A DNA stretch of 64,000 bases, taken from the human T2T-CHM13v2.0 reference genome, Homo sapiens. The first letter of the stretch is position 1. Each line of letters opens with the position of its first letter. Below, piece after piece: positions 29,146 to 49,060 of this stretch. Position numbers and translations under genes: made by a program. The stretch lies in the NCBI RefSeq assembly GCF_009914755.1, contig NC_060941.1; one strand, given 5' to 3'. The notes under the pieces were generated by a model, which was given only the letters and a program-made list of their open reading frames with translations, did no database searches and had not been told where the DNA came from.

Positions 29146-29496
29146 TGATATGGTTTGGCTGTGTCCCCAACCAAAATTCATGTTGAATTTTAGCTCCCAT
29201 AATCCCCACATGTCACAGGAGGGATCTGGTGGGAGGTAATTGAATCCTGCTGTTCTCATGATAGTGAATAAGTCTCAGGAGGTCTGATGGTTTTATAAAG
29301 GGGAGTTCCCCTGCACATGCTCTCTCTTGCCTACCAAGAGTATAGTGAGATGTGACTTTGCTCCTCCTTTGCTTTCCACCATGATTGTGAGGCCTCCCTA
29401 GCCATGTGGAACTGTGAGTCAACTAAACCTCTTTCCTTTGTAAATTACCCAGTCTTGGGTATGTCTTTATTAGCAGCATGAGAACAGACTAATACA
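29146..29496 (+). mobile_element. THE1-type MaLR solo LTR
   Basis: TGATATGGTTTGGCTGTGTCCCC...agaacagactaataCA with 5-bp TSD gtcca on both sides. Confidence 0.95.
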
Positions 29497-29508
29497 GTCC
29501 AGTTGCTA

Positions 29509-29850
<342 letters not shown>

Positions 29851-29994
29851 AAGAAAATGTGATTATGCTGACATCTAGTAACTGGAGTTGCACACAAATC
29901 ATCCTTTTAATGTGAATTACTTGTTTTTAAAGTTAATAATTTGTTTTGAAATCTTGACCAAGATTGCATGGCTAATATGAAGACATCCACCATC

Positions 29995-30680
<686 letters not shown>

Positions 30681-30989
30681 AAGACTTCTACCGTCATCCC
30701 TCTTGTTAAAAGGCAATGGCGAGTTACTGTTTAATGAGTAGACTTTATTTGTGATGGTAAAAATTTCTGGAGATGGATGGTGGTGATGGTTGTACAACAT
30801 GGTGAATGTATTTAATACCACTGAATTGTGCACTTAAAATGGTGAATTTTATATTATGCTTATTTTAGCACAGTAAAGTTTTAAAAATTACAAAAAAAAG
30901 GAAAAAAAAAAAACACAGAAGGCTAGTATTTGCAGGAGTGGAACTAGGACTTTGCCTAAATTGCAAACTTCCTTCACTCCAATTTTCTT

Positions 30990-31780
30990 TTTCTGTTTTA
31001 ATGAAGCACAGCATATTTACAATAAAATCCATAAAGTACACTAATCTTAATCTTAGCTATAAAGCTCATTGCATGTTTATATTTTTTTACACTTGTGTAA
31101 CCACCACCCTGTCAATATGTTGAACGTTCCAGCACCCCAGAAGGTTTCTTTTTGGTTGTAACTCCCCGAGAGGTAACCACTATTCTGACTTATATTACCA
31201 TCATTTGATTGTGCAGCTTTTAAACTTAATACAAGTGGAATCAGGCAGTATATACTCTTTTGTGTCTGCTTCTTTCACTTAGCATAATACCTGGGACAGC
31301 CACCCATTTATTAGTATATCAGTAATTCATTTTTTTCCTATTTGCTGTGTGGTTCTCATTGCATTTATCCTCTCTGTTGAAGGACATTTGGGTTGTTCTA
31401 GTTTTGGGCTGCTATAAAAAAGGTGCTATGAACATTCTTTTGAGGGACCTATGTACTTGCTTCTCTTGGGTGCGGATCTAGGAATGGGATTGCTGAGTCA
31501 CAGGGAACTGTGCGTGCTCACTTAGGAGTCTCCCTTCTTCGACTTACTGCCTTTCAGCAAATGTTTGTCCTACCCCTTTCATGACAGGGAAGAAAGCAAA
31601 GCAAGAGCAGAGGGTGTTGCTTTCTTCTATTTTCCAGCCTTAGCGTTAGTAGATACTGCCACTTTCCAAAGCAGTTATGCCAGTTTACACTTCCACTCAC
31701 AGGGCATGAGTGTTCCAGTTGCTTCACAGCCTCACCAACACTTGGTATTGGTGTTTATTCACTTTCAAACTATGGTGGGG
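30990..31780 (-). mobile_element. Old L1 (L1M) 3' fragment
   Basis: aggtaaccactattctgactt, ggacatttgggttg, ggattgctgagtca, tagtagatactgcca, cctcaccaacacttgg. Confidence 0.85.
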
Positions 31781-32271
31781 TGAGGGTGGTTACACCCTGA
31801 AATTTAAATGATGCAAAGATGGAAACTTTAAAAAATTGTGCAAATATTTAAACTTCTAACTCTCAGTAAATGACCCCAAAGCCAGTGGAGTAGGATGGAG
31901 CAGGGCTTTTCCCTTCAGCCTGTGTGATGGGCGGGGCTCGCCCACTGCATATCGACATTGATTTAAGGGCTTTTCCTTACTGTGTGCTCTGGATGTCAGA
32001 TACATTAGACAGCTTTGGGCAGCTGCCTTCTCCAGTCTTCCGGCACTGTTCCTCTCCAGAGCCTTCTTTCATGAAGACCCAACAGTAGTTGAGAGAATTC
32101 AGTTGTGGTTTTTCTCATTAACGTTGAATGTAATCTATCTGGGCCTGAAGTGTGGATCACTTAGGAGTCTCCTTTCTTAGACTTCAGCACCTTTTAGCAA
32201 ATGTTTGTCCCATGACAGGGAAGAAAGCAAAGCCAGAACAGAGGGCGCTGCTTTCTTCTGTCTTCCAGCCT
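31518..32271. repeat. ~120-bp dispersed direct duplication (31518-31640 and 32157-32271)
   Basis: Both copies read tcacttaggagtctcc...agcaaatgtttgtcc...catgacagggaagaaagcaaagc...tgctttcttct...ttccagcct. Confidence 0.93.
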
Positions 32272-32519
32272 CCAAGATTTCCTTTCTCACCTTTGAACAC
32301 ATTTTCTGTGTCAGATCATCTACAGAATGCTTGGTGGTGAGGCCACAGCAGATACTCAGATTGTTTCTCTCCCTCCACCTCCTCCTGGCCTATGTCATGA
32401 GCCTTTTTTTGTTGTCCTGGAATTTCTTTTGCATTGCCCTACCCTGCCTTTTGTGCATCTCCCAGTTCTTTTTTCATTGGTTCCCATTCTTTTTTTCCCC
32501 CACCAGGAGAGCAGATTTA

Positions 32520-32803
32520 TTTTTTATTTAAAATTTTTGTTTAGAGACGAGGTTTCACTTTGTCACCCAGGCTGGAGTACAATGGCACAATCATAGCTTA
32601 CTGCAACCTTGAACTTCTGGGCTCAAGCAATCCTCTCACCTCAGCCTCCTGGGTGTCACCATGCCCAGCTAATTAAAAAAAAATATTAGCGAGACAGAGT
32701 CTCACTGTTGCCCAGGCTGGTCTTGAACTCCTGAGCCCAGCAGTCCTCCCACCTCAGCCTCCCAAAGTTCTGGGACTACAGTCGTGAGTCACTGTGCCCA
32801 GCC
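32520..32803 (-). mobile_element. Alu (AluJ-like)
   Basis: Antisense Alu ~290 bp upstream of the exon. Confidence 0.9.
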
Positions 32804-33093
32804 ACATTTTTTTAGGCTCATTACTTGAAGTGTGACCTGATGGTATTCTTCACGCACAGTCTTAGACACTGCTCTTTGAAACAGTCATGGGAGATCATAC
32901 TCGGACCTGTTATGACAGAAACAGGTTTGTGTAGCTTTGCATTTTTTCACTTCACTCTATCATGCTACTCAAAGTGCTGTTATTGTATCTTGACTGCTGG
33001 GCACATAGCCCAGCTCCCATGCTCTGCTTGTTTATAGCGCTCCTTCCTGAAAACCACCTCTTCATCCTCTCTCTTTCCTTCCAACTCTCTCAG

Positions 33094-33229
33094 CTCAAGA
33101 GGGCCAGCAGTGAGGACACGCTCAACAAGCCAGGAAGTACCGCTGCATCGGGGGTGGTTCGCCTGAAGAAGACCGCCACTGCCGGAGCCATCTCGGAGCT
33201 CACGGAGAGCCGCCTGAGGAGCGGCACAG
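33094..33229 (+). CDS. SPECC1: SPECC1 second coding exon ([45 protein letters not shown]), 136 nt
   Basis: Long polypyrimidine tract + CAG (AG 33092-33093); donor CAG|GTAGGA; phase 0 in, phase 1 out; CpG-rich; continues the SPECC1 protein. Confidence 0.93.
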
Positions 33230-34274
33230 GTAGGAGGGACCGGGCAGGTGGGCTCGGCAGGCCATCAGTCCTGGCCGCATGGAAGCACTTCAGTGACCCA
33301 TGACCCATCCATTCCTTCCCTCGTGAAATATTTCTTGACCACTTACCCTGGGCCGGAACTGTTTTAGGCAGACGATGTCGCTGCCCACAGGGAGTTTACA
33401 TCTATAGAGTGGGGAGACCGATGAGAAGCAAAAGGTAACTGGGCGTGCTGTGGTTTCTTTGGTCCCTTCGGAGGTCCATTTGTCACCATGCACGTGTGAA
33501 ATCCTTCTGACATCCAAGCAGGGCGGCATATGTTCTGGGGCTGTCTTGATACAGAATGCATTAGAGGAATGAATGAACCCTGTTGATCCCTTGCGAAGGT
33601 GGGTGTCTAATATTTGTACTGAACCCTATGGAAAGCTGGGAAGAGCCTCGCCCAGCAGCTGTGGAAGGCTGCTCAGAGTGGCTTGGACGGCAGTGGCAAC
33701 AGGAAGCTGTGAACCTTCTCAGTGTTACTCATTTTTTAAGAATCAGAAAAGGGTTTTTCAATCATTATATTTGAGTTCAGAGCATGTGAAACATGAAATA
33801 TCAAAGAATTTATTTAATTCTCTCTTTGTGCATATAGATAATAACTCTTAAGCTTTCATGGCCTAACTCTTACAGTGCAGCCCTCAGTGTATTGCTAAAT
33901 TGTCTAAGACGGGAAAAATAACTGAAATACATCGTTACTAATTTTTAATGTGTTGAAGGGGCACTTATAATTTTTGTGCTCTTTTCGTAAAAGTCACATT
34001 CAGGCTAGATCTCAAAAGGTATATTTTAATTTATCAGTTTTTAAAAAGTTGAATCTGTGAAAACCATACAAGGTATTCTTTTCTTGGATATAAAGGGAAT
34101 GGCCTGGTTTTTCTATATAATGGCTTTACCATTGTAAATACTGATATTGTATTAAACATACACACACACTTGGTTTTTAAAATACAATAAACAAAAGTAC
34201 CATTTATTTTTATCAAGCCAGCCTAACAGTGATCCCAAAAGTTAATAAAGCCCCACTCAAAAAAAGACAGACTG

Positions 34275-37816
<3,542 letters not shown>

Positions 37817-37859
37817 GACTGATCCCATGATCAAATATTAATATAAAAATTTGAGATCA

Positions 37860-38181
<322 letters not shown>

Positions 38182-38739
38182 TCAAAATATTAGCGCATAG
38201 GATTCAACAATAAATTAAAAGAACAGTAGTGTACATCACAACTAAGTGAATTTATGCCACCCAAGAATGGATGAATATTAAGAAATTTTGGAATATAATC
38301 TATCATACCATATTAACAGGCCAAAGAAGAAAAACTGTAGTTATCTCTATAGATACAGAACATACATGTGACACAATTAACAATCTTTCTAACAACAAAC
38401 TCTTGATAGACTATACATGTGCAGAGACTTCTTTAATGATGTGTATGTGTCACAAACAAAAGCCAGCGATTCCCATTAAAGTCAAAGATAATTCAAGGTT
38501 GCTTACTATCACCAGTCATCTAAAATTTTCGGTAGATACTAACCAAGGCAGTAAGATAAGAGAGATGTAGAAGTACATAAATATTGGAAATGAGGGAACA
38601 AAATGATGATTGTAATCAGATAATAACATTGTATGCTTTGAATTTCCTGAAAATTGTCTTAGAATTTTCTGAAATTCTATTAGAGACAATAAGAGTTCTG
38701 TATGTGGCTAGTTGTAGACTATAATATATCAATAACTTT

Positions 38740-39052
38740 CTTTTTTATTTATTTTATTTATTTATTTTTTTGAGATGGAGTCTCGGTCTGTCGCCCAGGC
38801 TGGAGTGCAGTGGCGCGATCTTGGCTCACGGCAAGCTCCGCCTCCCAGTTTCACGCCATTCTCCTGCCTCAGCCTCCCGAGTAGCTTGGGACTACAGGTG
38901 CCCGCCACCACGCCCAGCTAATTTTTTGTATTTTTAGTAGAGATGGGGTTTCACCATGTTAGCCAGGATGGTCTCGATCTCCTGACCTCGTGATCCACCC
39001 ACCTTGGCCTCCCAAAGTGCTGGAATTACAGGCATGAGCCACCATGCCCGGC
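38740..39052 (-). mobile_element. AluY-like
   Basis: gcaagctccgcc, ttcacgccattctcc diagnostics; TSD atca(a/g)ta(a/g)ctttctt. Confidence 0.95.
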
Positions 39053-39397
39053 CATCAGTAGCTTTCTTACCAGTGACTAGAAAAGATAATAATGTAAGAA
39101 ACAGTTCTATTTATAAAGGAATGAAAGGGCAAAATATTTAGAAATAGTGTGAGCATCTATAAAAAAATCTTAAAACTCTTTTGAAGGAGAAGTCTTATGT
39201 CCTTCAAAGAAGACATAAATAAGTGAAAGCATATATGTGATTCTTAGGAAGATTAAATAGAATTAAGATTAAACTTAGTACAAGATATAAAATGTAATAA
39301 GGATGTCTGAATTATTCTAAGAATTCCTTTTCATCTTGATTCAGTGGGAATTTGGGAGTGGAAACCTGAATAAAATAACTGGAATTTATCTAAAACC

Positions 39398-39464
39398 CGT
39401 TGTTCTCAATGGGGGACGATTTTGTCCCCCAGTTCCAACCCAGGGAACAATTGGCAGTGTCTGG

Positions 39465-39502
<38 letters not shown>

Positions 39503-39643
39503 GCTGTCATGACTCGGGGCTGCTACTGCCATCTAGTGGGTAGAAGCCAGAGATACTAAACATCCTAGGATGCGCAGGACCGTCCCTGCAGTGGAGAGTG
39601 TCCTGCCCAAAAATGTCAACAGTACTGCTGCTGAGAAATCCTG
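39398..39643 (+). mobile_element. MER20 with an expanded T33 tract
   Basis: gttctcaatgggggacgattttgtcccc...tgtctggagac(T33)...catctagtgggtag...aaaatgtcaa...gagaaatcctg. Confidence 0.9.
39526..39539 (-). promoter_or_regulatory. Consensus CTCF motif (CCACTAGATGGCAG) in MER20
   Basis: Exact match to CCASYAGRKGGCRS; binding not shown. Confidence 0.55.
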
Positions 39644-39973
39644 ACCTAGCAGAATAAATATTCTAGAGTAACCAGGAAAATTCTGACAATACTAATCAGG
39701 GGATTAACCTTAGGCATTGTGGAACTGAAGAGGTGCTAGGCAGCTCAGTGGAACGGTGGACAAAGTGCAGAATACACTGGAAGATTTAGTACAGGGGAAA
39801 GGTGGCATTTCATATCACGGTGGATAATTCACTCAAAAATGTGACCGAGTAAGTATTTAGGAAGGAATAAAGCTGGATCCCTATCTCATTCCTCCCATCA
39901 AAATAAATTCTAGGAGGATTAAAGATTTAAATATTAAAAAATGAAACTGCAAGACTACAAAGAGAAAGCATCA

Positions 39974-40805
<832 letters not shown>

Positions 40806-41899
40806 AGCAAAACAACAATTAGATATATAATTTCCGCTAATACATTAGCAAAAATTAAAACAGTTTATCATTTCTGGTGTCATTAAGGGTGTAAAGAGCC
40901 ACATATGGTTGATGCACAAGGACAAGTTGGTAATATCTATCTAAATCTTAATTTAATCTTTCACCAAGCATTTCTATTATTTAGCACTTAACGGTTACTG
41001 ATATTCTTGGAAAAGGGTGCCAACATGTATGAGCAAGTTCAGTTGCATGATTATTTATAATAGTATAATATGGGAAACAACCTAAGTATGTATTCATACA
41101 GGGCTGGTTGAACAATGTGATTTTGGTGCAGTAGAATAGTATACAGGCATGAAAATGAATACAGTAGATTTGTGTGTACTGATAGGGAAAGATTTCCAAT
41201 ATACATTACTAAGTGGGGAAAATAATATGGTGCATATGGTATAACCTTAATTTGGTTTTGGTTTTAGAAGTATATATTAATTATTAAAATCAACTTTTTT
41301 TTCCTGGAAGGATGTCAGAATGATTATCTTTGAGGAGAGTTAGCAGAATTGATAGTGGCAGAGGAAAATTTTTTCATTTTAGATTTTCCTATGCTGTTTG
41401 AACATTTTAAACATATGCATACATTGCTATACAAAATTAAAAACAAGGTAAATACAACATAAATTTAGACAATATAAATATAAACTAAACTTTTTTTTGC
41501 CTTCACAAAATCCTTCCTCTTCTACTTGCCTTTTGTAGTGTTCTTTAGCCATTTGTTGGTGGATTTTTTTTTATTGTTTGCTTATAGCATCTGCTCCTTT
41601 GCACAGGATTCTAGGAAAAGACCTTGGTTTCATATTGGCTCCTAAAGTAGACAAGTTCCCATGCCCCAAGGGGCATTGGCATCCTTTATTTGTCAAAGGA
41701 AGGAAATAACTACATATCTACTATACAGTGATGTTGGGAAAAAGGTCTGTGAATAATTTATATAGACTGTAATGAAAAGTAAGTGACAGTTATTATTCTC
41801 CTAGTTATACAAATTGTTTGTCAGTTACTTCATTTAAGTGAAATTAAATTATTTGAGTTAATAGGGTTGAATTTGAAAATTACATTTTGTTTCTGAAGC

Positions 41900-42200
41900 T
41901 TTTATTTTTTTAAATTTATTTTATTTTTTGAGACGGAGTTTCGCTCTTGTTGCCCAGGCTGGAGTGCCATGGCGCTCCACAACCTCCGCCTCCTGAGTTC
42001 AAGTGATTCTCCTGCCTCAGCCTCCTGAGTAGCTGGGATTACAGGCTTGCGCCACCACGCCCAGCTAATGTTGTACTTTTAGTTGAGATCGGGTTTCTCC
42101 ATGTTGGTCAGGCTGGTCTTGAACTCCCAACCTCAGGTGATCCACCTGCCTCAGCCTCCCAAAGTGCTGGGATTACAGGCGTGAGCCACCACACCCAGCC
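41900..42200 (-). mobile_element. Alu (AluS-like)
   Basis: Antisense Alu; TSD agcttttt/agctttta-like. Confidence 0.9.
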
Positions 42201-42508
42201 AAGAGCTTTTATTTTTAAATGTCAGTAGTCCTCAACATTTTTGTAGCACCTTTGGACAGCTGATACTTTTGTACATTGTCATGCTGTCCCCAGACTGCCT
42301 CATTTGGAATAGGTGAATACCAGTCTATTAGGACAGACCATTAGGAGCAGTGGTATGCAGTGCCTGTCTGTTGCAGGTGTTATCACCTCTACAGTTGTAT
42401 AGTATTGTTTCGGTAATCATTTCAATATTTGATTGCATTTTGTCTATTTTACATACGTGAAAACCAGGAAAATGAAAGTGCTGGTTGGGATTACAGCAAC
42501 TAGTTGTA

Positions 42509-42741
42509 CAGGCTGAACATCCCAAATCCAAAAATTCAAAATCCCAAATGCTTCAAAATCTGAAATGTTTTGAGCACTGACATGATGCTCAAAGGAAATG
42601 CTCACTGGGGCATTTTGGATTTTGGATTTTTGGATTAGAGATGCTGAACTGGTAAGTATAATGCAAATATTCCAAAATAAAAAATCAGAAATCCAGAACA
42701 CTTATGGTCCTGAGCATTTTGGATAAGGGATACTCACCCTG
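42509..42741. mobile_element. Tigger4a/MER46-type DNA transposon
   Basis: TA-flanked; TIR-like ends caggctgaacatccc...gggatactcaccctg; internal gctcaaaggaaatgctca. Confidence 0.85.
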
Positions 42742-42776
42742 TAGTAATAAGCTTGGGTTTTAAAATCTCAGTACTG

Positions 42777-43255
<479 letters not shown>

Positions 43256-44029
43256 AGACTTGTAGGGGGCAGAATTCTTTTTATGCCATGCAAGACTTAG
43301 TTTTTGTACTTTTGACTTGGGGACAAGTTTTCTACGATGCATAGCATGGTATTATCTATATTTTATTTCAATTGTATTAATTTTGAGAAAGATTTTTGTC
43401 ATGAAATTTTAATACAGTGTTGTGATTTTGAACTTACAAGAATTAAATCTGTAGTCAGCCTATATTTTATTGCACCCTTTCCTGGGAGCTGATCTGTCCT
43501 CAGGGAGAATCCCTGAAATCTACTCCAGGAGAAATCATGTAATCTTTTGGTCGTAATAATTATATTATTGTCTCAGCCTTGCCTAGGGCGCCAACTTGCC
43601 ATCTGTCATGGGTGGTATTGGAACTGCTTGAATGGGGAGGCATGAGCTTCCTCATTCTTTTCAAGACTATTTCCAGTTTCTGGTTTCCAGGCCTTATGCT
43701 GTTCTCTGGGGCTATGCCAAAGTTTGCTCCAACAATAGCAAGAACACAGCAAAAATCACAAAAGGGGCTTCTATTTTTGAGCCCTGCCACCTGCCTGCAC
43801 TGTGCCGGCTTCTCTGAGCTGCTGTCTCTATTCATGCTCACAATAGCCATAGGAAGAGCATGGTTATTTTATCTAGACCAGGAACCTTGGCTTTGGAAAG
43901 GTCAAACCAGTTTTACTTTTTCTCTCCCGTGCCCACCCCAGGTTTCCATATGGAACATCCACTTTTTCTAATTGGTTTTATTTCATTAATATTATTCACT
44001 TATCTGAATTCCAAAAAAGAATTCTGAAT

Positions 44030-44298
44030 TCTTTTTTTGTTGTTGTTGTTTTTTCTATAGACGGAGTTTTGCTCTGTTGTCCAGGCTGGAGTGCAGTGGT
44101 GCAATCATAGCTCATTGCAGCCTCCAACTTCTGGGCTCAAGCAATCCTCCTGCCCCAGCTCTCGAGTAGCTGGGACTACAGGTGCACACCACCGGGGTCT
44201 CGCCATGTTGCCCAGGCTGGTCTTGAACTCCTGGGCTCCTCCTGCCTTGGCCTCCCAAAGTGCTGGGATTACAGACATGAGCCACTGCGCCTGGCCTG
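44030..44298 (-). mobile_element. Alu (AluJ-like, deleted)
   Basis: Antisense Alu. Confidence 0.9.
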
Positions 44299-44474
44299 GA
44301 TTCCAGTTCTTATTATTCTTTTTCTCCCTGAGGTGTCCTTTGTGTGTATCTCATGTTACACAGTGGTGTGGCTTTTAGAGAATGAGGAGGTTCCTTGTGT
44401 GCAGGGTCCTCCCTGCCTGCCCCAGGGTCAAGTGAAAGGTTGTGGAACCCCCAGAAGGCTGTCAAGGAATCCAG

Positions 44475-44488
44475 CCACTAGGTGGCAG
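44475..44488 (+). promoter_or_regulatory. Consensus CTCF motif (CCACTAGGTGGCAG)
   Basis: Exact match to the CTCF core, outside any repeat I recognise. Confidence 0.6.
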
Positions 44489-44574
44489 CCTTGTCAAAAG
44501 CACCCACCTTCTCCTCTGCTACAAGTTCTGGTTCTGACAAATGTTTCTGACTTTAGAAACAATGCTTGTATTTA

Positions 44575-45130
44575 TTGATTAATTCAACAAATATCTTTGA
44601 GTGGCTACCATGTGCCTGGCACTGTTCTAGGCAAAAGGACTATATGAGTGAGCAGGACAAACATCCCTGCCTTCATAAAGGTACATGAGCAAGACGTGGG
44701 AGAGATGAGAAAGCCAGGTGAACAGCTGGAGTGGTGGACATTCCAGGCAGAGATGACGGCTGGCCCGTGTCCCCCACGTCAAGGGAGTGGCAGGAAGACC
44801 AGTGGGGCCGCAGCAGAGTGAACAAGCAGTTGGGGAGGAGGATAGAAAGATGGGGGAGCTTGCGAGTCACTGTCAGGACTTTGGATTTTTTACTCTTGAC
44901 TCCACTGGGGAACTTTTGCAAGGTTTTGCACAGAGCAGTGATATGACCCAACCTCATTTTAAAAGGACTGCTTTGGGCTGCTTGTTGAGAGTGGACAGAT
45001 GGGGTAAGCAGACCAGCTTGGAGGCTAGGGCTGTGGTCTAGGAAAGAAGTGACCTGGGCTTGGCTGGCAGCCATGGCACCGGGGAACAGCAGCTGCGTCT
45101 GGATATATTCTGAAGGGGAGAGCCAGCTGG
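44575..45130 (-). mobile_element. L2 fragment
   Basis: ttcaacaaatatctttgag...atgtgcctggcactgttctagg. Confidence 0.8.
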
Positions 45131-45144
45131 CTCTCAACTTTCCT

Positions 45145-45690
45145 GGTTTTTGAATTGTGGAAAAATACACATAATCATTTTTAAGTGTACAGTTAAGCGG
45201 CATTAAGTTCATTCACATTGTTGTACAACCATCACCACCTTCCATTTCCAGAACTGTTTCATCTTCTCAAAGTGAAACTCTGTCCCCATTAAACACTCGC
45301 TTCCCATTCCCCTTCCCTCAGCTCCCGGCAAGCACCATTCTGTTCTTTGTCTCTGAATCTGACTGCTCTCAGTTCCTCATAGGAGTGGCATCACACAGTG
45401 TTTGTCCTTTTGCAACCGGCTTATTTCACTCAGCATAATATCCTCAAGGTACATCCACACTGTAGCATGTGTCAGAATTTCCTTCGTTTTTGAGGCTAAA
45501 TAATATTTCCTTGTCTGGATATACCGTATCTTCTTTATCCATTCACCTGTTGAAGGACCCTTGGCCTATTTCTACCTTTTGGCTATTGTGAATAATGCTG
45601 CTCTGTACACAGGTGTACAGATATCTCCTTGAGACACTGCTTTGACTTTTTGAGGGTATATACCTGGAAGTGGGATTGCTGGATTCTCCT
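45145..45690 (-). mobile_element. L1MB-type 3' end
   Basis: tttaagtgtacag...cacattgttgtacaaccatcacc...ggctattgtgaataatgctgc. Confidence 0.9.
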
Positions 45691-47515
45691 GATGGATTGT
45701 AAAGTTGGTGTAGGGTAAGATTTCTGCTCATGTTAGCAGTGGGATGAGTGAGATGAAATCTGATGGGCCTTCCCAAGGGATGAGGAGTGAACGTGGATCT
45801 CTTCTGGAGACAGCAGTCGGCTAGAAGGAGGTTCATGTAGCCACATTTAAAACATTTTTAAAACCACGAGACATGGAAGTGCCCATTTAGATGTTTCTTT
45901 ATGTAGCACACGTGGGATCCAAAGACATGTCACTATTTTAAACTGATATCAGTGTTTTCTAAAAGGCAAAATAAATGTGAAGGGCTAGTTTTACTGTGGC
46001 CAAACTCTGATGCTTGCAGAATCTCAGACATCTCAGATGGTGATCAGTAAGGGCAAGCAGTCGTGATTGGCTCACTGCCAAGAAACTGTCAGTGTCCTCG
46101 CTGATACCTGGACCCCTGCATGCTCCCAGTTACCTGCATCACAACCAGGTAATGCCTGAGGCTCCAACCTGAGACACCTGTCCTCTCTGACATGAGGAGG
46201 GAATAACTCTGTCCTCTCTGACATGAGGAGGGGAACTCGTCTAACATGGAAGGTAAGTATTCTTATCCCCATCTGACATGTGAAGAAGCGAAAGCTCCAG
46301 GATAGGTAGTGTTCCCAAATTCAAACCCAGGTCCGACTCCAGAGTTCTTTTTTCTGCTACTCTGTTTGTCTCAGGTAGGGAGACTTGTTTTCTTCCCTCA
46401 TCATCTTTACCTGTTGTAGAATTACTATTACCGGTGACTAGCATTCTTTGCTCACTATGTGCTAACCACTGTTCTCAGTGTGCGATGAATATAGTCTCCT
46501 TTAGTCTTTACTACAGCCCTATGAAATAGTATCCTTATTATCATTCCCATTTTATAGATCAGGAGACTGAGGCATAAAGAGATTAAGCAGACTGTCCAAG
46601 TCCATGGGATATAAATATTGGTACCAGGACTTGCAGATTAGGAAACAGGGGCTGAAAGAAAACCATGGATGGGTTGGCTTGCTGGGGTGAGAGTGGAGGA
46701 AGGGGATGTTGGAAGTTTTGGAGTTGAGAGGCCGGAAGGTGGGTGGGTCAGTTTCTTGGATGCCACAGAAGGAGGAGGGCCATGAGCCAGGGATGTCAGG
46801 GAATGGGGAGAATGGGGTGGGGATGTGTAGATGGCAACAGGGAGGGGAAGAGGATGCCAGGTCCTGCTGTGTGAACTGCAGAAATGGAAGGTGTCTGTTT
46901 ACAGTGGGGAGGGGAACAGACGGGGGGAAGCAACAGTCATAGGTATGAGGTACAGCGAGACCTTCAGTTTGGGAAATGTGAGAAAATGAACAGACTGGCC
47001 TTGGGAAGGCAGTGGTGGGATTCATCCAGCTGTGGAAGTGAGGGGACATTCAGAGAGCTCAGCCTATGGGAAGTGTTGATTTCACTGTGAGTTCTGAAGG
47101 GCCCTGAAGAAGTGTTGGGGACTCAAGGGAGGGGCCTGGGGCAGGTGGGGCTGAATCGCTTTGGAGATGAGAACCTGGAAAATCACAGAATGCCAGGAAT
47201 GAGTTTGTTCTTGTTTTCATAATTTTAGAGAGGTCATTTATCAATGAGTATATTTTGTGATAAAAAAAATTTCAGATTCGGTATAGATGCTCCTCCACTT
47301 ACTTCATCGGTTACTTCCAGATAAACTCATCATAAGCTGCAAATATGCTAAGTTGAAAACACATTTAATGCACTTAACCTTCCGAACATCATAGCTGAGC
47401 CCAGCCTGCTTTAAACAGGCTCAGAACACTCATATGAGCCTACATTTGGGCAAAATCATCTAACACAGAGCCTATTTTATAATAAAGTGTTGAATATCTT
47501 ACATAATTTATTGTA

Positions 47516-47913
<398 letters not shown>

Positions 47914-48059
47914 TTTACTGGAAGTGAAAAGCAGAATGGTTGTCTGGGCACTTGAAGTACAGCTTCTACTGAATGCGCGTCATGTTTGCATCACCTTAAG
48001 GTCAAAAAGGGTAAGTCACACCATCATAAGTTCGGAACTGTCTGTATTTTCATTTTCTT

Positions 48060-48450
48060 CTATTTTATTCTACATTTAATTCATTTTCACATTGTGGTAG
48101 GAGATCTACCCTCTGAACACATTTTTAAGCATGTAATTCAGGGGCAATGCTGCATAGCAGGTCCCTCAAGCTTACGCATCTGTACCCACTGAACGACTCC
48201 CTGTCGCACTGTCTGCAGCCCTTGGCAGCCACCACTCAACTTTCTGTTTCTGTGAGTTTGACTGTTTGAGATTCTGCATCCAAGTGAGATCATACAGTAT
48301 CCTTTTGGGACTGGCTTATTTCCCTTAGCATAGTATCCTTCAGGTTCATCCACAATGGGACATGTGTCAGAGTTTCCTTCCTTTTAAAGGCTGAATAATA
48401 TTCGATCGTCTGGATAGCCACACTTTGTTTATCCATCATACATGGATGGA
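48060..48450 (-). mobile_element. L1MA/MB 3' end
   Basis: gagatctaccctct...agtgagatcatacagtat...aaggctgaataatatt. Confidence 0.8.
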
Positions 48451-49060
48451 CCAGACTGGCTTTCAGCTTCTGGTGGTGTCTGAGGTAAACCCAGTTGTGA
48501 GGATGTTATGAACTCTGCACTAGTTAAGTTGCTGAATTCTAAGCTTGAGGACACACATGGTGGTGTCGTGGCCCTGCGTTTCCCGGGAGTACATGATTTA
48601 GTCAGGGCTTTGGAGTGGGGCCAAGGGTTTTCTGTGACTTTCTCTGTTGGCACAAGGTGCAGTGCTGGTTTGGGGATGGCAGCTCTCCTGGGTCCTCCCT
48701 GGGTGCCTGTGGTATAGACAGTGGGGAGCTCTCCCTGCACCTCCCCGAAGAATACTGACATCTTTGCCAACTCTTTCCATCCAGGTCCTGGCTGTCTCTC
48801 CAGTTCTCCATGTCCTCTCTTCCTTTTATTTGGGCTCTTCCCCTGAAGTTTGCTATTTCCTTTCTCCCTCCTTCCCTGCTCTCCTCTCCTCCTTTCCTTT
48901 TTGTTGAGTTTATACCTTTGTTTATGCCTTCCCTCCCTTCCTCTCTTCTTCCCTCCCTTCATTCCTTCCTTCCTTTTTGTTGAGTTTATGCCTTTGTTTT
49001 ATACTTTTATTCCTATTGTGAATGGGATTCTTTATTCATTGTACTTTGTTCTTATTTTCT

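Noticed and set aside
46178-46237. 31-bp tandem duplication (and similar short duplications at ~48893-49005 and ~58703-58748)
   Set aside because: Ordinary slippage-type duplications with no sign of function.
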